A DNA stretch of 15,133 nt from contig JBIKWF010000107.1 of NCBI GenBank assembly GCA_044356455.1, forward strand, positions 1 to 15,133. The letters are read 5' to 3'. The notes beneath the pieces were generated by a model. That model worked only from the letters and a program-made list of their open reading frames with translations. It did not search any database and had not been told where the DNA came from. The first letter of the stretch is position 1; every line of letters begins with the position of its first letter. Source of the DNA: Bdellovibrionota bacterium (lineage in GTDB: Bacteria; Bdellovibrionota_C; UBA2361; JBGSMV01). Shown here in pieces: positions 1 through 8,239 of the stretch. The translations under genes and the position numbers were made by a program.

Positions 1-12
1 TCACCGCATCTC

Positions 13-54
13 CCTCCTTTCGAGCTGCAGCCGCAAGGCGCTCGACAAAGGAGG
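13..54. other. Stem-loop pairing CCTCCTTT with AAAGGAGG (anti-SD/SD-like)
   Basis: CCTCCTTT-CGAGC (13-25) pairs with GCTCG-[AC bulge]-AAAGGAGG (40-54). It encloses an inner GCC-GCAA-GGC hairpin (30-39). Confidence 0.5.
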
Positions 55-69
55 CAAGGGCCCCCATCC

Positions 70-261
70 ATGCACGAGTCGATTACCATTCTTCGAGACA
101 ACGACGTGATTGATGAACCACTCTGCGCCAATCTTCTCAAAATGGTTGGGTTTCGAAATGTGCTCACCCATGGGTATGCCAAGATTGACTACTCGAAGCT
201 GATTGAGGTCCTCAGAACCGGGTTGAAGGATATAGAGAAGCTTGTCAGGGCGGTAAGTTAG
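70..261 (+). pseudogene. C-terminal half of a HepT-like/DUF86 HEPN ribonuclease toxin; apparently 5'-truncated
   Basis: The translation contains KMVGFRNVLTHGYAKID, the HEPN R-x4-H motif in its typical DUF86 context (MVGFRNxLxHxY..ID). The frame is open back to base 1, but the upstream residues (SPHLPPFELQPQGARQRRQ) do not resemble the DUF86 N-terminal helices, and neither other forward frame does. Confidence 0.75.
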
Positions 262-262
262 G
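152..262 (+). repeat. Direct repeat copy 1 (3' end of HEPN/DUF86 gene)
   Basis: Aligns without gaps to 1674-1784 over 111 bp with 10 mismatches (about 91% identity). Confidence 0.95.
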
Positions 263-373
263 GAGCCTCTGAAACAACCGATTTCCGTTGCTTTTCCTTA
301 TTGCTATTCAGACTTCTTGCCGCGAATCAGGCAGCGTGGTACACGCATCTAAAATACCCGATAAATTAGACAT

Positions 374-1561
374 ATGTACCGAAGGCTTGTTAACATATTA
401 GAAGAACAGAGTTTTTTTCTCTTTGGGGCACGCGCTACTGGCAAGTCCTACCTTTTGGAGCAGCGCTTTGGGCGCTCAAAAGTACTTTGGATCGACCTGT
501 TGGACGATGACCAATTCCTCGCGTTAACCAAACGACCGAGGCAACTTGAGCAGCTGATGCTTGAACATTTCGAAGCACGGAGGGGCAACACGTCAAAGTG
601 GGTCGTAATTGACGAAGTGCAGCGAATCCCCAAGCTCCTCAACGAAGTGCATCGCTTGCTCGAATCCCCAGAATGGCGGAATAAAGTTAAGTTCGCACTT
701 ACTGGATCGAGCGCGAGAAAGCTAAAACGCCTCGGAAGTAACATGCTTGCGGGACGGGCGTTACTCAACCGACTCTTTCCCCTCACCTTCGAGGAGCTGA
801 GCTCTGATTTCAACCTCGACCGGGTACTCAATTGGGGAAGTCTGCCGGGAGTATTTTGCGCCTCGAACGATCCACAGCGAGCAGCAATTCTTCGAAGTTA
901 CGTCGCCACCTACCTCAGCGAAGAAATTCGCGAAGAGCAAATCGTTCGCCAACTCGACCCTTTTGTAAGGTTCCTGGAAGTAGCGGCTCAATCGAGCGGA
1001 CTTATCGTGAACTATTCGTCAATTGGCAGAGACTGCCAAGTCGATTCGAAAGCAGTTGCTCGCTATTTCCAGATATTGGAAGACACCCTCCTTGGCTTCT
1101 TCCTGCCAGCTTATTCGAAATCGGTGAGGAAGCAGCAAAGCCAGGCGAGCAGATTCTTGCTTTTCGACCTTGGAGTTCAGCGAGCGCTCCGCGGAGCGCT
1201 CGCTGTGCCAGTCGTACCGAGTAACTACGAATACGGCCGCGCCTTCGAGCAGCTAGTAATTCTAGAGATTTATCGACTCAATCAGTACCGCGAACGCGAT
1301 CTAAAACTCTCCTACCTCCGAACCAAGGATGGTGCCGAGATAGATCTAATTGTGGAGGATCCACGCGGGCCAACATGGCTCATCGAAGTCAAGTCCTCTG
1401 CCAACGTGAACGACGATGACGTAGCAAAGCTCTCGCGCTTTTTACCCACATTCTCGGGAGCATGTGCAGTAGTCCTCTCTCGCGACCCAGCAGCAAGACG
1501 CGTTGGAGACGTGCGTATCTTGCCATGGCAAGAGGGCATTCGCGAAATAATTGGCGTCTAA
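374..1561 (+). CDS. AAA+ ATP-binding protein, AAA_14 + DUF4143 (COG1373 type), with a C-terminal PD-(D/E)XK-like motif
   Basis: Walker A GARATGKS, Walker B VVIDEVQ, ALTGSS, LAGRA..LFPLTFEE, WGSLP, FDLGV, G.AFE and C-terminal YLRTKDGAEIDLIVE...LIEVKS. The length of 395 aa is typical of the family. Confidence 0.93.
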   Translation: MYRRLVNILEEQSFFLFGARATGKSYLLEQRFGRSKVLWIDLLDDDQFLALTKRPRQLEQLMLEHFEARRGNTSKWVVIDEVQRIPKLLNEVHRLLESPEWRNKVKFALTGSSARKLKRLGSNMLAGRALLNRLFPLTFEELSSDFNLDRVLNWGSLPGVFCASNDPQRAAILRSYVATYLSEEIREEQIVRQLDPFVRFLEVAAQSSGLIVNYSSIGRDCQVDSKAVARYFQILEDTLLGFFLPAYSKSVRKQQSQASRFLLFDLGVQRALRGALAVPVVPSNYEYGRAFEQLVILEIYRLNQYRERDLKLSYLRTKDGAEIDLIVEDPRGPTWLIEVKSSANVNDDDVAKLSRFLPTFSGACAVVLSRDPAARRVGDVRILPWQEGIREIIGV

Positions 1562-1673
1562 AAGTGGGAATTGGAGAGTTTCCCCGTAGAAGCACCGTGC
1601 TTCATTTTGAACTCACTTCATAGCCGCCTAATGTACCCGCGGACCGATAGAGACGAATTTATTGAAACAAAAA

Positions 1674-1784
1674 TTCGAAATGTACTTACCCATGGCTACG
1701 CCAAGATTGGCTACTCGAAGCTGATTGAGGTCCTAAGCACCGGATTGAAGGATATAGAGAAGCTTGTCAGGGCGGTGAGGTAGG
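1674..1784 (+). repeat. Direct repeat copy 2; orphan 3' fragment of a HEPN/DUF86 gene (RNVLTHGYAKIGYSKLIEVLSTGLKDIEKLVRAVR*)
   Basis: Ungapped match to 152-262. Homology starts abruptly at TTCGAA and ends just after the TAG stop. The upstream part of track ORF 1571-1783 is unrelated sequence. Confidence 0.95.
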
Positions 1785-1817
1785 CTGATGACTCTTGATT
1801 TTCGCTACTCCGCGCAC

Positions 1818-4800
1818 CTATCTCGCTGGCCCCCACACCGCAACCGGACCAAACTCCGCAAGCACCTTATACCCCACGTTCGCAAGTGCCGCGGCTTGAG
1901 GCTCAAGATTCCCGTAGGCGCGCCGCTCGATATTTCCGACCACCACCAATGGCCACTCATACTTTTGAAGGAATGATCGGGCTCGCTCAGGGTCAGAGTT
2001 CTCATAAAAGCTTCGAATCTCAAGTTTGCGCTTCTCAATCTCGCCGCGAGGCGCACCGCGTTGTTGCACGTGGTAATCCCAGCCAAGAATCGTAGGAAGC
2101 CCGGTGTGCATAGTAACGCGGGTAAATTCCCGGTAAGAGTCGCCCCATGCCTCAACCACTGGCACTACGCCATCAATGTTATCTCTTAGCCAGTGCAACA
2201 TTCGCGCCTCGTCGCCATCAACCTGCTCAAGATAGGCGGTGCCGTCGAGCGTTGGGCGGGGGCCATCGATGCGGTGGAAGCGAGGCATTATCCAAAGATT
2301 AATCCCGGATCCAACTATGCAGCTCCCAAATGAGAAAAGAGCGGCTGCGAGGACAAGAATTCGAGCGATAGTGGAAGGAGCAGTAGAGAGCTGGTTTTCC
2401 GAGCCTTCTGCGCTTTTTGCACCGGCTCGCCAAACCAGTATCATCGCTGAAATCGCAAACATGACCCAGAGCGGATAGTAGAATTTAAAAATTGTATTCA
2501 TCCTATCCATCACAAAGAATAGCTCTGTGAATTCAAGGACGAGGCCAGATAAAAGAAGGAGCGAGCCAGCCACCAGCAAGGCGCCCTCACCCGATGCGGT
2601 GGCAAGAAGCAACGCACCCAATACACAAGCAACAAGACAAAGAGCCAGCACTCCGAAAGGATGATTGGTAACCCCATGCACCGCGCTAACTACGAATTGA
2701 AGAATACAGGCGATAGAGGCGAGACCGCCTGCAACGCCAAGAGACCAACGCGAAGCAAGATGGCGCCTTGACCAAATTAAGGCAGTTCCGGCGCAGAATG
2801 CAGGGGCCAGCCATACTCCAAAATGACGAAAGACCTGCCCCACGGTATTAAATTCATTGTCCCACACATAGCCAAGGCCGACCCGAACAGAGGACTGCGC
2901 TACGCTTGCAATACTCGAGAGTGTTAAGCCACCGACCACCGAAAAAATGCAAAGACAAAACAACCAATTTTCAAGAAATAGACGTCGCTCCAGCCGGCTA
3001 AAGAGAGAAAGCCCCTGCCCCAGCCAGACAAATGCCGCGAGGGCAACAAGAAGACCGATGACCATGACATCCCACGAGTTCAGGCCTGTCACGATCCCCA
3101 AAGAAAGCCCCAGCAAAGCAGCCGCAACTGGCTCGCATCCTCGGCGAACAGCCCCGACAAGCGGAGCCACACAGATTCCGATGAGCGCAGCCGCAACAGG
3201 AAGCGCCATGACATGAGGATGAAGATCCGCGAACAGGAATGACCAGATGGGGTATTCGCTTATTGAGGGGCTTGTAAGTCCCCTACTACTCGCCCAAAAG
3301 AGATCGAAGTTCAGCGCCTTCCCCTGAGCTAGCCAAAGATAAAGCACCTCAAAATTACTTCCTGCAACAACAAGCAGCGCTCCTGCGAGAGCAACGCGCG
3401 GGGATTTTAAGACCCATAGCAAAACTCCCCATAGACTCACTAAACTCATGGCGCCCACCGTGGAGAGCGCAAGATTGTACCCCACTCCCGAGGGAATTCC
3501 GGTCAGCTTGTGAATTAAGGCGTAGTTAAAGAAACCTAAATAATAATAGTTCATTCCGCCCGCCTCACCCGGGCGGAAAAACCACGGATCGTCTATGGGA
3601 AAGTCCGTAAGGCGAATGAAATAGTTAAGGAACGAAAAATCCATGGGTTTCTCTCCCCAAAAGATTTCGGGAGAGAGAGCTCGCAGAATAAGCATCACGA
3701 CAAAGCCCAGTCCAAAGAGCACCTCGACGTACAGCACCATGCTCATTCGGCGAGAAAGACCATCGCTAATTTGCGAATAGTTCCGCCAAGCAAATTGGAG
3801 GGAGATAATTAGCAAAAGAATCAGAAGTACCCAGAGCGTGGACCCATTGACGGGGAAACTCGCATAGGTTGCGAGAAGCCAAGCCAAAAAAGAAAAGAGA
3901 GTGAGCCCAAAAATCTTGGAAAAAGCGTATCCGAGATCCGGGGCACGCGTGTAAATCGAAACAAAAAACGGGAGGACCAAGAAGCTTAAAAGTTGAATTA
4001 CGAGATACCATCCGATCACGTGAGAGATCTGCTGAGCAACCTCGGAGTGGCGCTCGGAAGATACTGGCAAAGCGGTACCAAAATTCGCGAGCATCATCTC
4101 CTCGCGACTCGGCAAGTCAGATGACGACTCTGACTGATCAAGCAAGCGTAATATTTCCTCACGCCCTAAGCGTCCCTCATTCCGGAAAACGGTCACCTTT
4201 GGATGGTCATAGACCCAGAAGCTCTCATCGGCGAGATCATCGTTTATCGTCCGCCCCCAAAGCGAAGGATAGACTTTAAGACTTGCCACCATGGAATATC
4301 CGAGGCGCTCGGTGAAGAGGAGCTGAAACATGCGCGTTGTCTTGGGAAACTCTTCGGGTACCCTGGGTATCGACCCGTACGTGCGTGGTGTAGGAAAAAT
4401 AAGATAGTCTGCCGAGGCCAGCTTCGTCGCCATACCGGACATCTTTGCTAAGGAATCTGGCTCATAAACCGGCAGGTCCCACGCATTGCCCTCATATTGG
4501 TAGCGATATTCCTGGGGGCTAAAGCCAGGAAGATGCAGCGGCAATTTATCATCCCAATGCACACCTAAAATCTTTGACCCACGCGGGACATTTTCATAAA
4601 TCCAGCGAGAGGCCTGATGGTAGACATGGTCTGACTGATAAATCTGAACAAAGGCAGTCGCGCTAAGAAGGGCAAGCACGCCGACCAATGAAGCCGGAAT
4701 GGCCGCCCAACTAGAACCAAACCGGCGCGAGACAACCTCATACAGCCGTGCGAGACCATAGGCCGCAAGAACCATGAGCAAAGGATATAGAGGCAATAAA

Positions 4801-5795
4801 TAGCGCGGGAACTTGACCTGATAACGCGCGACTAGGAAGAAGACTGCAGCAGCCCACACAAGGGACACGATCCAAGCCCACCGTATCTCACGAAACATCC
4901 CGCGTAGTGCCCAAATCCCACCAAACAACACCGACAAGAACACGGGCGCGCCTACGGTAAAGTTAAACATCTGGCCCAGGTGGTAGAAATATGGAGCGGT
5001 ATTCTCGTATTGGATGGTATAGGGAGGACGCCACTCTCCACGCACCATGTTTACCTGCTCGGTGGTGTGCGCAAGAAAAGTCTTTACATCTAAAATTGCA
5101 TACGGCTGGGCAACCACTGCTACGAGCACAGCCGTTACCAAAAGAATCAGCAATGAACTCCAAAAGCTCGCCCGCTTGAAAAAGATTTTTTGACCTGGAG
5201 CTACCGCAAGAGCGAGCAAAGCCGGAAGAAACAGAGACAAGCTGCTGATCTTTGTTGCAAAGGAGAGCCCGATCATGATTCCGGTGAACGGAGCGGCCCA
5301 TTTCTTGGTTCCCTCAAGCAGCCAAATGCAGCCGAGCATAGTTGCAGTGTTGAGGGTTGTGAGCATGACATCAACGGTCGCGAACCTAGAAAGCTGGATA
5401 TGGAAGGGATTAAGAGCCAAAAGAGCCGCGGCCCCCAAACCGACCAGGGAACTCCCGGAGAGCTTTCTCCCCAGAACAAACGTTAGAAAGATTCCAAGGA
5501 CGCCGAAAAATACCGACAAGCTTCTCCCGAGAATAAACATCTCGTCATATCCAATCCATTGCGGAGAAAACCAATTGAGCGCCTTGGATAGAAAGAACAT
5601 TAAATAAAAGGGGAAACTCCCATAGGCAAAGGTATGGGGATTGAGGTCTGCCCACGACATGCCCATTACTGTCATTACTATGTGGCGCTCGTCGGGGTGG
5701 AAGGAGAGGCCATGGGAGAGGCTCAACACGCGAAGGAACAGCGAGAGAAGCAAGACTACAAAAATTGCTACTAATATCCTGAGCGAACCCGCCAT
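1818..5795 (-). CDS. Fusion of an N-terminal GT39/PMT_2-like GT-C glycosyltransferase and a C-terminal DUF2298 (YYY-motif) membrane domain
   Basis: N-terminal half: FHPDERH (D35-E36), LNPHTFAYGSFP, HIQLSRFATVD, KFPRYLLP, HWDDKLP, ADESFWVYDHPKV. C-terminal half: WGEKPMDFSFLN...DPW...NYYYLG, EYPIWSFLFADLHPH, NSWD, RMNTIFKFY, TLDGTAY, TGLPTILGWDYH.QQR. Many hydrophobic TM segments; 1325 aa. Confidence 0.9.
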   Translation of the reverse strand: MAGSLRILVAIFVVLLLSLFLRVLSLSHGLSFHPDERHIVMTVMGMSWADLNPHTFAYGSFPFYLMFFLSKALNWFSPQWIGYDEMFILGRSLSVFFGVLGIFLTFVLGRKLSGSSLVGLGAAALLALNPFHIQLSRFATVDVMLTTLNTATMLGCIWLLEGTKKWAAPFTGIMIGLSFATKISSLSLFLPALLALAVAPGQKIFFKRASFWSSLLILLVTAVLVAVVAQPYAILDVKTFLAHTTEQVNMVRGEWRPPYTIQYENTAPYFYHLGQMFNFTVGAPVFLSVLFGGIWALRGMFREIRWAWIVSLVWAAAVFFLVARYQVKFPRYLLPLYPLLMVLAAYGLARLYEVVSRRFGSSWAAIPASLVGVLALLSATAFVQIYQSDHVYHQASRWIYENVPRGSKILGVHWDDKLPLHLPGFSPQEYRYQYEGNAWDLPVYEPDSLAKMSGMATKLASADYLIFPTPRTYGSIPRVPEEFPKTTRMFQLLFTERLGYSMVASLKVYPSLWGRTINDDLADESFWVYDHPKVTVFRNEGRLGREEILRLLDQSESSSDLPSREEMMLANFGTALPVSSERHSEVAQQISHVIGWYLVIQLLSFLVLPFFVSIYTRAPDLGYAFSKIFGLTLFSFLAWLLATYASFPVNGSTLWVLLILLLIISLQFAWRNYSQISDGLSRRMSMVLYVEVLFGLGFVVMLILRALSPEIFWGEKPMDFSFLNYFIRLTDFPIDDPWFFRPGEAGGMNYYYLGFFNYALIHKLTGIPSGVGYNLALSTVGAMSLVSLWGVLLWVLKSPRVALAGALLVVAGSNFEVLYLWLAQGKALNFDLFWASSRGLTSPSISEYPIWSFLFADLHPHVMALPVAAALIGICVAPLVGAVRRGCEPVAAALLGLSLGIVTGLNSWDVMVIGLLVALAAFVWLGQGLSLFSRLERRLFLENWLFCLCIFSVVGGLTLSSIASVAQSSVRVGLGYVWDNEFNTVGQVFRHFGVWLAPAFCAGTALIWSRRHLASRWSLGVAGGLASIACILQFVVSAVHGVTNHPFGVLALCLVACVLGALLLATASGEGALLVAGSLLLLSGLVLEFTELFFVMDRMNTIFKFYYPLWVMFAISAMILVWRAGAKSAEGSENQLSTAPSTIARILVLAAALFSFGSCIVGSGINLWIMPRFHRIDGPRPTLDGTAYLEQVDGDEARMLHWLRDNIDGVVPVVEAWGDSYREFTRVTMHTGLPTILGWDYHVQQRGAPRGEIEKRKLEIRSFYENSDPERARSFLQKYEWPLVVVGNIERRAYGNLEPQAAALANVGYKVLAEFGPVAVWGPAR

Positions 5796-6195
5796 GCTCG
5801 ACCGTTAAAAAGTATTACCGCTTCAATTATTCCAGTTGCGAGAACTCAGAGTGACCACATGCATACTCGACGCGCACCACCAAAGTGCCACGACCATGAG
5901 GGCGCTCCAACACCGCTCTTACTTGACATGCCCCCTGCACAGTCTCCCATTTTTATGTAAGCGTCTAGCCTGATGTCCTGTGCCCGCCCCCCTCCCCTTC
6001 GCGCATGGGACAGAAAAGCTTTGCTCCAACCTTCGATAAGGTATGCTCTCCGTTTTAGAGACCTAATCCCCAAAGATTTCCCCTCCCTAAGAACTCACAA
6101 AGGCTCTAGTCTAGTTCGGCAGCGAAGAACTTACTCTTTGCTTTACAGACTACCCTTTCAATTTGCTACTAAGAAGGCGATAGGGCCTAAGTAAA

Positions 6196-8232
6196 ATGTG
6201 CGCTCTGAAGGTGCCACCCCGCCCACAATTGTTCGCCCGGTTTCTACTCCTTTTTCTCGGGATGACGTTTTGCTGCCTTGCAGTGTTGATAGGGCGTTGG
6301 CCAATCGCCGACTCAGGGACAGTATATTCACTTGTAGTATCGGCAGGTCTTGCTTCGGTTGAGGATTCACTCCGAGGAATGGCCTTCCCTCGCTACCTGC
6401 CTGAATCGCTCGCTCTCCTCCTGCTTGCCTCCCTATTTCTTTACTTCGCAGGATCAAAGTCAACCACCGACTACGAGACAACAGCCACCGCCGAATGGAG
6501 CTGGAGATTAGTAAAACTAGCAATTCCTCTTTCGATGGCTTCGGTGGGGATATTTGTAGTATTTGAGTCTCGTGGGCTGGTCGGCTCAACGTGGAATGCC
6601 CTACCACTTGGAATTCTCGTCGCACTCCTCCTCACTTCCTTGCCTTCTAGAAGTACAACCTCCGAACCGGTAGACACCATAACTTCAACAGAGAGAGGCG
6701 TCCTGTTGTTGACGATGACCCTCCTTTTTGGATTATACGCAATTCCTTCGACGGACTGGCGCTACAGCTATATTGGAGATGAATACGGCTATCTTCAGGC
6801 AGCCGATAGTTTGTCCCAAGTGCCGATACTTGGAATTTCTTGGTTTGAAGCTTCAGGGCCAGCTGACTCAGGCTTTCTACCCGTCGCAGTATCCGCGTAT
6901 CAAGGGCTGTGGATTCGCCTGGCTGGGGATTCAAACCTTGGATGGCGAGCATCCTCGGCCTTTCTTATCGTCGTGTCATTTCCGTTCTTTTACCTCTTCT
7001 CAAGAAAGCTTGTTTCTTACTCTACGGTGCAGCAGCGAACGGGATTCAGTGTCCTAGCCTTCGCAGTATCGATTACAACATTCTTAACTGAACCCCTTCT
7101 TATCTGGTCAAGAATCGGGAAGCCTCTTGTTCCCATCCTCCCATGGATGGTCATCGCAATTAGCGTGTTCGAGTTCGGCAGGAGTCGTAGGTCGCCACGA
7201 CTTTTCGCATTAGCCGGAATTTTTGCAGGCGCCGGAATATATTTTTCGCCCCTCGGTCCAACACTTGCCATAGCAGGGACAATCTCATGGGCCGTGCTGA
7301 CCACCCCGATAAGCACTCTTCGAAAGTCATTCGCTGAGATTTTTTATCCCCTTGCGCTCTTCGGTGCAAGCGCAGTGTTAATTGCTGCTCCAATTCTCGT
7401 GCAGCAAGATTACTTTGCTGCAATTGCCTCGCGCACCGTACTATCCGGCGAGGCAGCGCGGAATTCTGGTCTTACTTTGCACAAGACCTTTCAATCGATT
7501 TTTGCCTTCTTAGGGTTTCAGGGAACAAACCACTTCCACTGGGGAGAAGTTATAGATCCGTTTTTCGCAGCCCTCATCGCAGTAGGTGTCTGCGGCCTGC
7601 GAAGAAACAATTTAAGACACCATTTGGCGATTATAGTCATTTGCAGTGTGACGAGCTACCTGACTGGCGGTTTGAGCCAGTACAACTACCCGCCTCTGAC
7701 GCGTTTTTTCACGATGATGATCCCCTTTGGCATGCTGGCGTCGCTGGGGGCAGGTTATCTTCTTGCATTTTCCATACGCGGCGCATTAGCTTTCTGCGGA
7801 TTGATATTGGCATGTTCGGCGCTTTTCAATACTGTTAAGGTCTCTTCCTATAATCCCTACCAGCGCTCCGTTGGCTTTGAACAGCATATGGTGAAGCTTT
7901 GGCAGGAAAACCCCGACACCCAATTCTTCATTCTCATGCAAAGGGATACTGATGCGTGGCCGCTAGAGGAACTCGCGAAATTGTATCATGCAGACTTAAG
8001 GACCCATTTTATCACGTTGCCAGCCGGGCGTTTAACATTAGCGGCGGAAGAGAGTGCCCCCTGCTGGGTAGCGCCGCGTGATAGCTCAATCGACTTCGCT
8101 GCCGTCAAAGCGTTTGGAAACGCGGCAAAGTGTGACATTTTCCCTACACTCCCGGATGGCCTTCCTCAACCATCACCCTCCGATCCTCTAGGAGTTCTGA
8201 TTGCGCTCGCTCTCAGTAAAAATCGAGGCTAG
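6196..8232 (+). CDS. GT-C fold glycosyltransferase (GT39/PMT_2/ArnT-like) with an N-terminal multi-TM extension
   Basis: WRYSYIGDEYGY acidic motif (D195-E196), G.SNLGWRASSA, WSRIG, FALAGIFAGAG.Y and PP.TRF. It is polytopic with a soluble C-terminal tail; 678 aa. Confidence 0.75.
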   Translation: MCALKVPPRPQLFARFLLLFLGMTFCCLAVLIGRWPIADSGTVYSLVVSAGLASVEDSLRGMAFPRYLPESLALLLLASLFLYFAGSKSTTDYETTATAEWSWRLVKLAIPLSMASVGIFVVFESRGLVGSTWNALPLGILVALLLTSLPSRSTTSEPVDTITSTERGVLLLTMTLLFGLYAIPSTDWRYSYIGDEYGYLQAADSLSQVPILGISWFEASGPADSGFLPVAVSAYQGLWIRLAGDSNLGWRASSAFLIVVSFPFFYLFSRKLVSYSTVQQRTGFSVLAFAVSITTFLTEPLLIWSRIGKPLVPILPWMVIAISVFEFGRSRRSPRLFALAGIFAGAGIYFSPLGPTLAIAGTISWAVLTTPISTLRKSFAEIFYPLALFGASAVLIAAPILVQQDYFAAIASRTVLSGEAARNSGLTLHKTFQSIFAFLGFQGTNHFHWGEVIDPFFAALIAVGVCGLRRNNLRHHLAIIVICSVTSYLTGGLSQYNYPPLTRFFTMMIPFGMLASLGAGYLLAFSIRGALAFCGLILACSALFNTVKVSSYNPYQRSVGFEQHMVKLWQENPDTQFFILMQRDTDAWPLEELAKLYHADLRTHFITLPAGRLTLAAEESAPCWVAPRDSSIDFAAVKAFGNAAKCDIFPTLPDGLPQPSPSDPLGVLIALALSKNRG

Positions 8233-8239
8233 AGGCGTT

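Noticed and set aside
13..54. Group II intron domain V or 16S rRNA 3' end
   Set aside because: The AC bulge is present but there is no AGC/CGC triad or domain V geometry. The CCTCCTTT lacks the GGATCA context of 16S.
317..345. TTGCCG-N17-TACACG promoter for the ATPase
   Set aside because: The -10 lacks the conserved final T; too weak to call.
255..1673. Integron cassette/attC interpretation of the ATPase unit
   Set aside because: GTTAGGG at the HEPN stop does not fit GTTRRRY, and I found no RYYYAAC...GTTRRRY palindrome after the ATPase gene.
1571..1783. 70-aa ORF as a real gene
   Set aside because: It has a TTG start, and its first half is unrelated sequence running fortuitously in frame into the HEPN repeat.
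152..1784. Repeat pair as a diversity-generating retroelement TR/VR
   Set aside because: Mismatches are not adenine-specific (they include C/T, G/C, T/C and T/G) and are mostly synonymous. No reverse transcriptase is in the window.
5923..5953. Perfect TTGACA -35 box
   Set aside because: No credible -10 hexamer at 16-18 nt spacing. Promoters must exist in 5796-6195 but cannot be placed.
5957..5970. GTAAGCGTC, resembling an IS66 terminal inverted repeat, in the divergent intergenic region
   Set aside because: Only a 9-nt match, with no transposase remnant recognisable in adjacent frames and no partner IR found.
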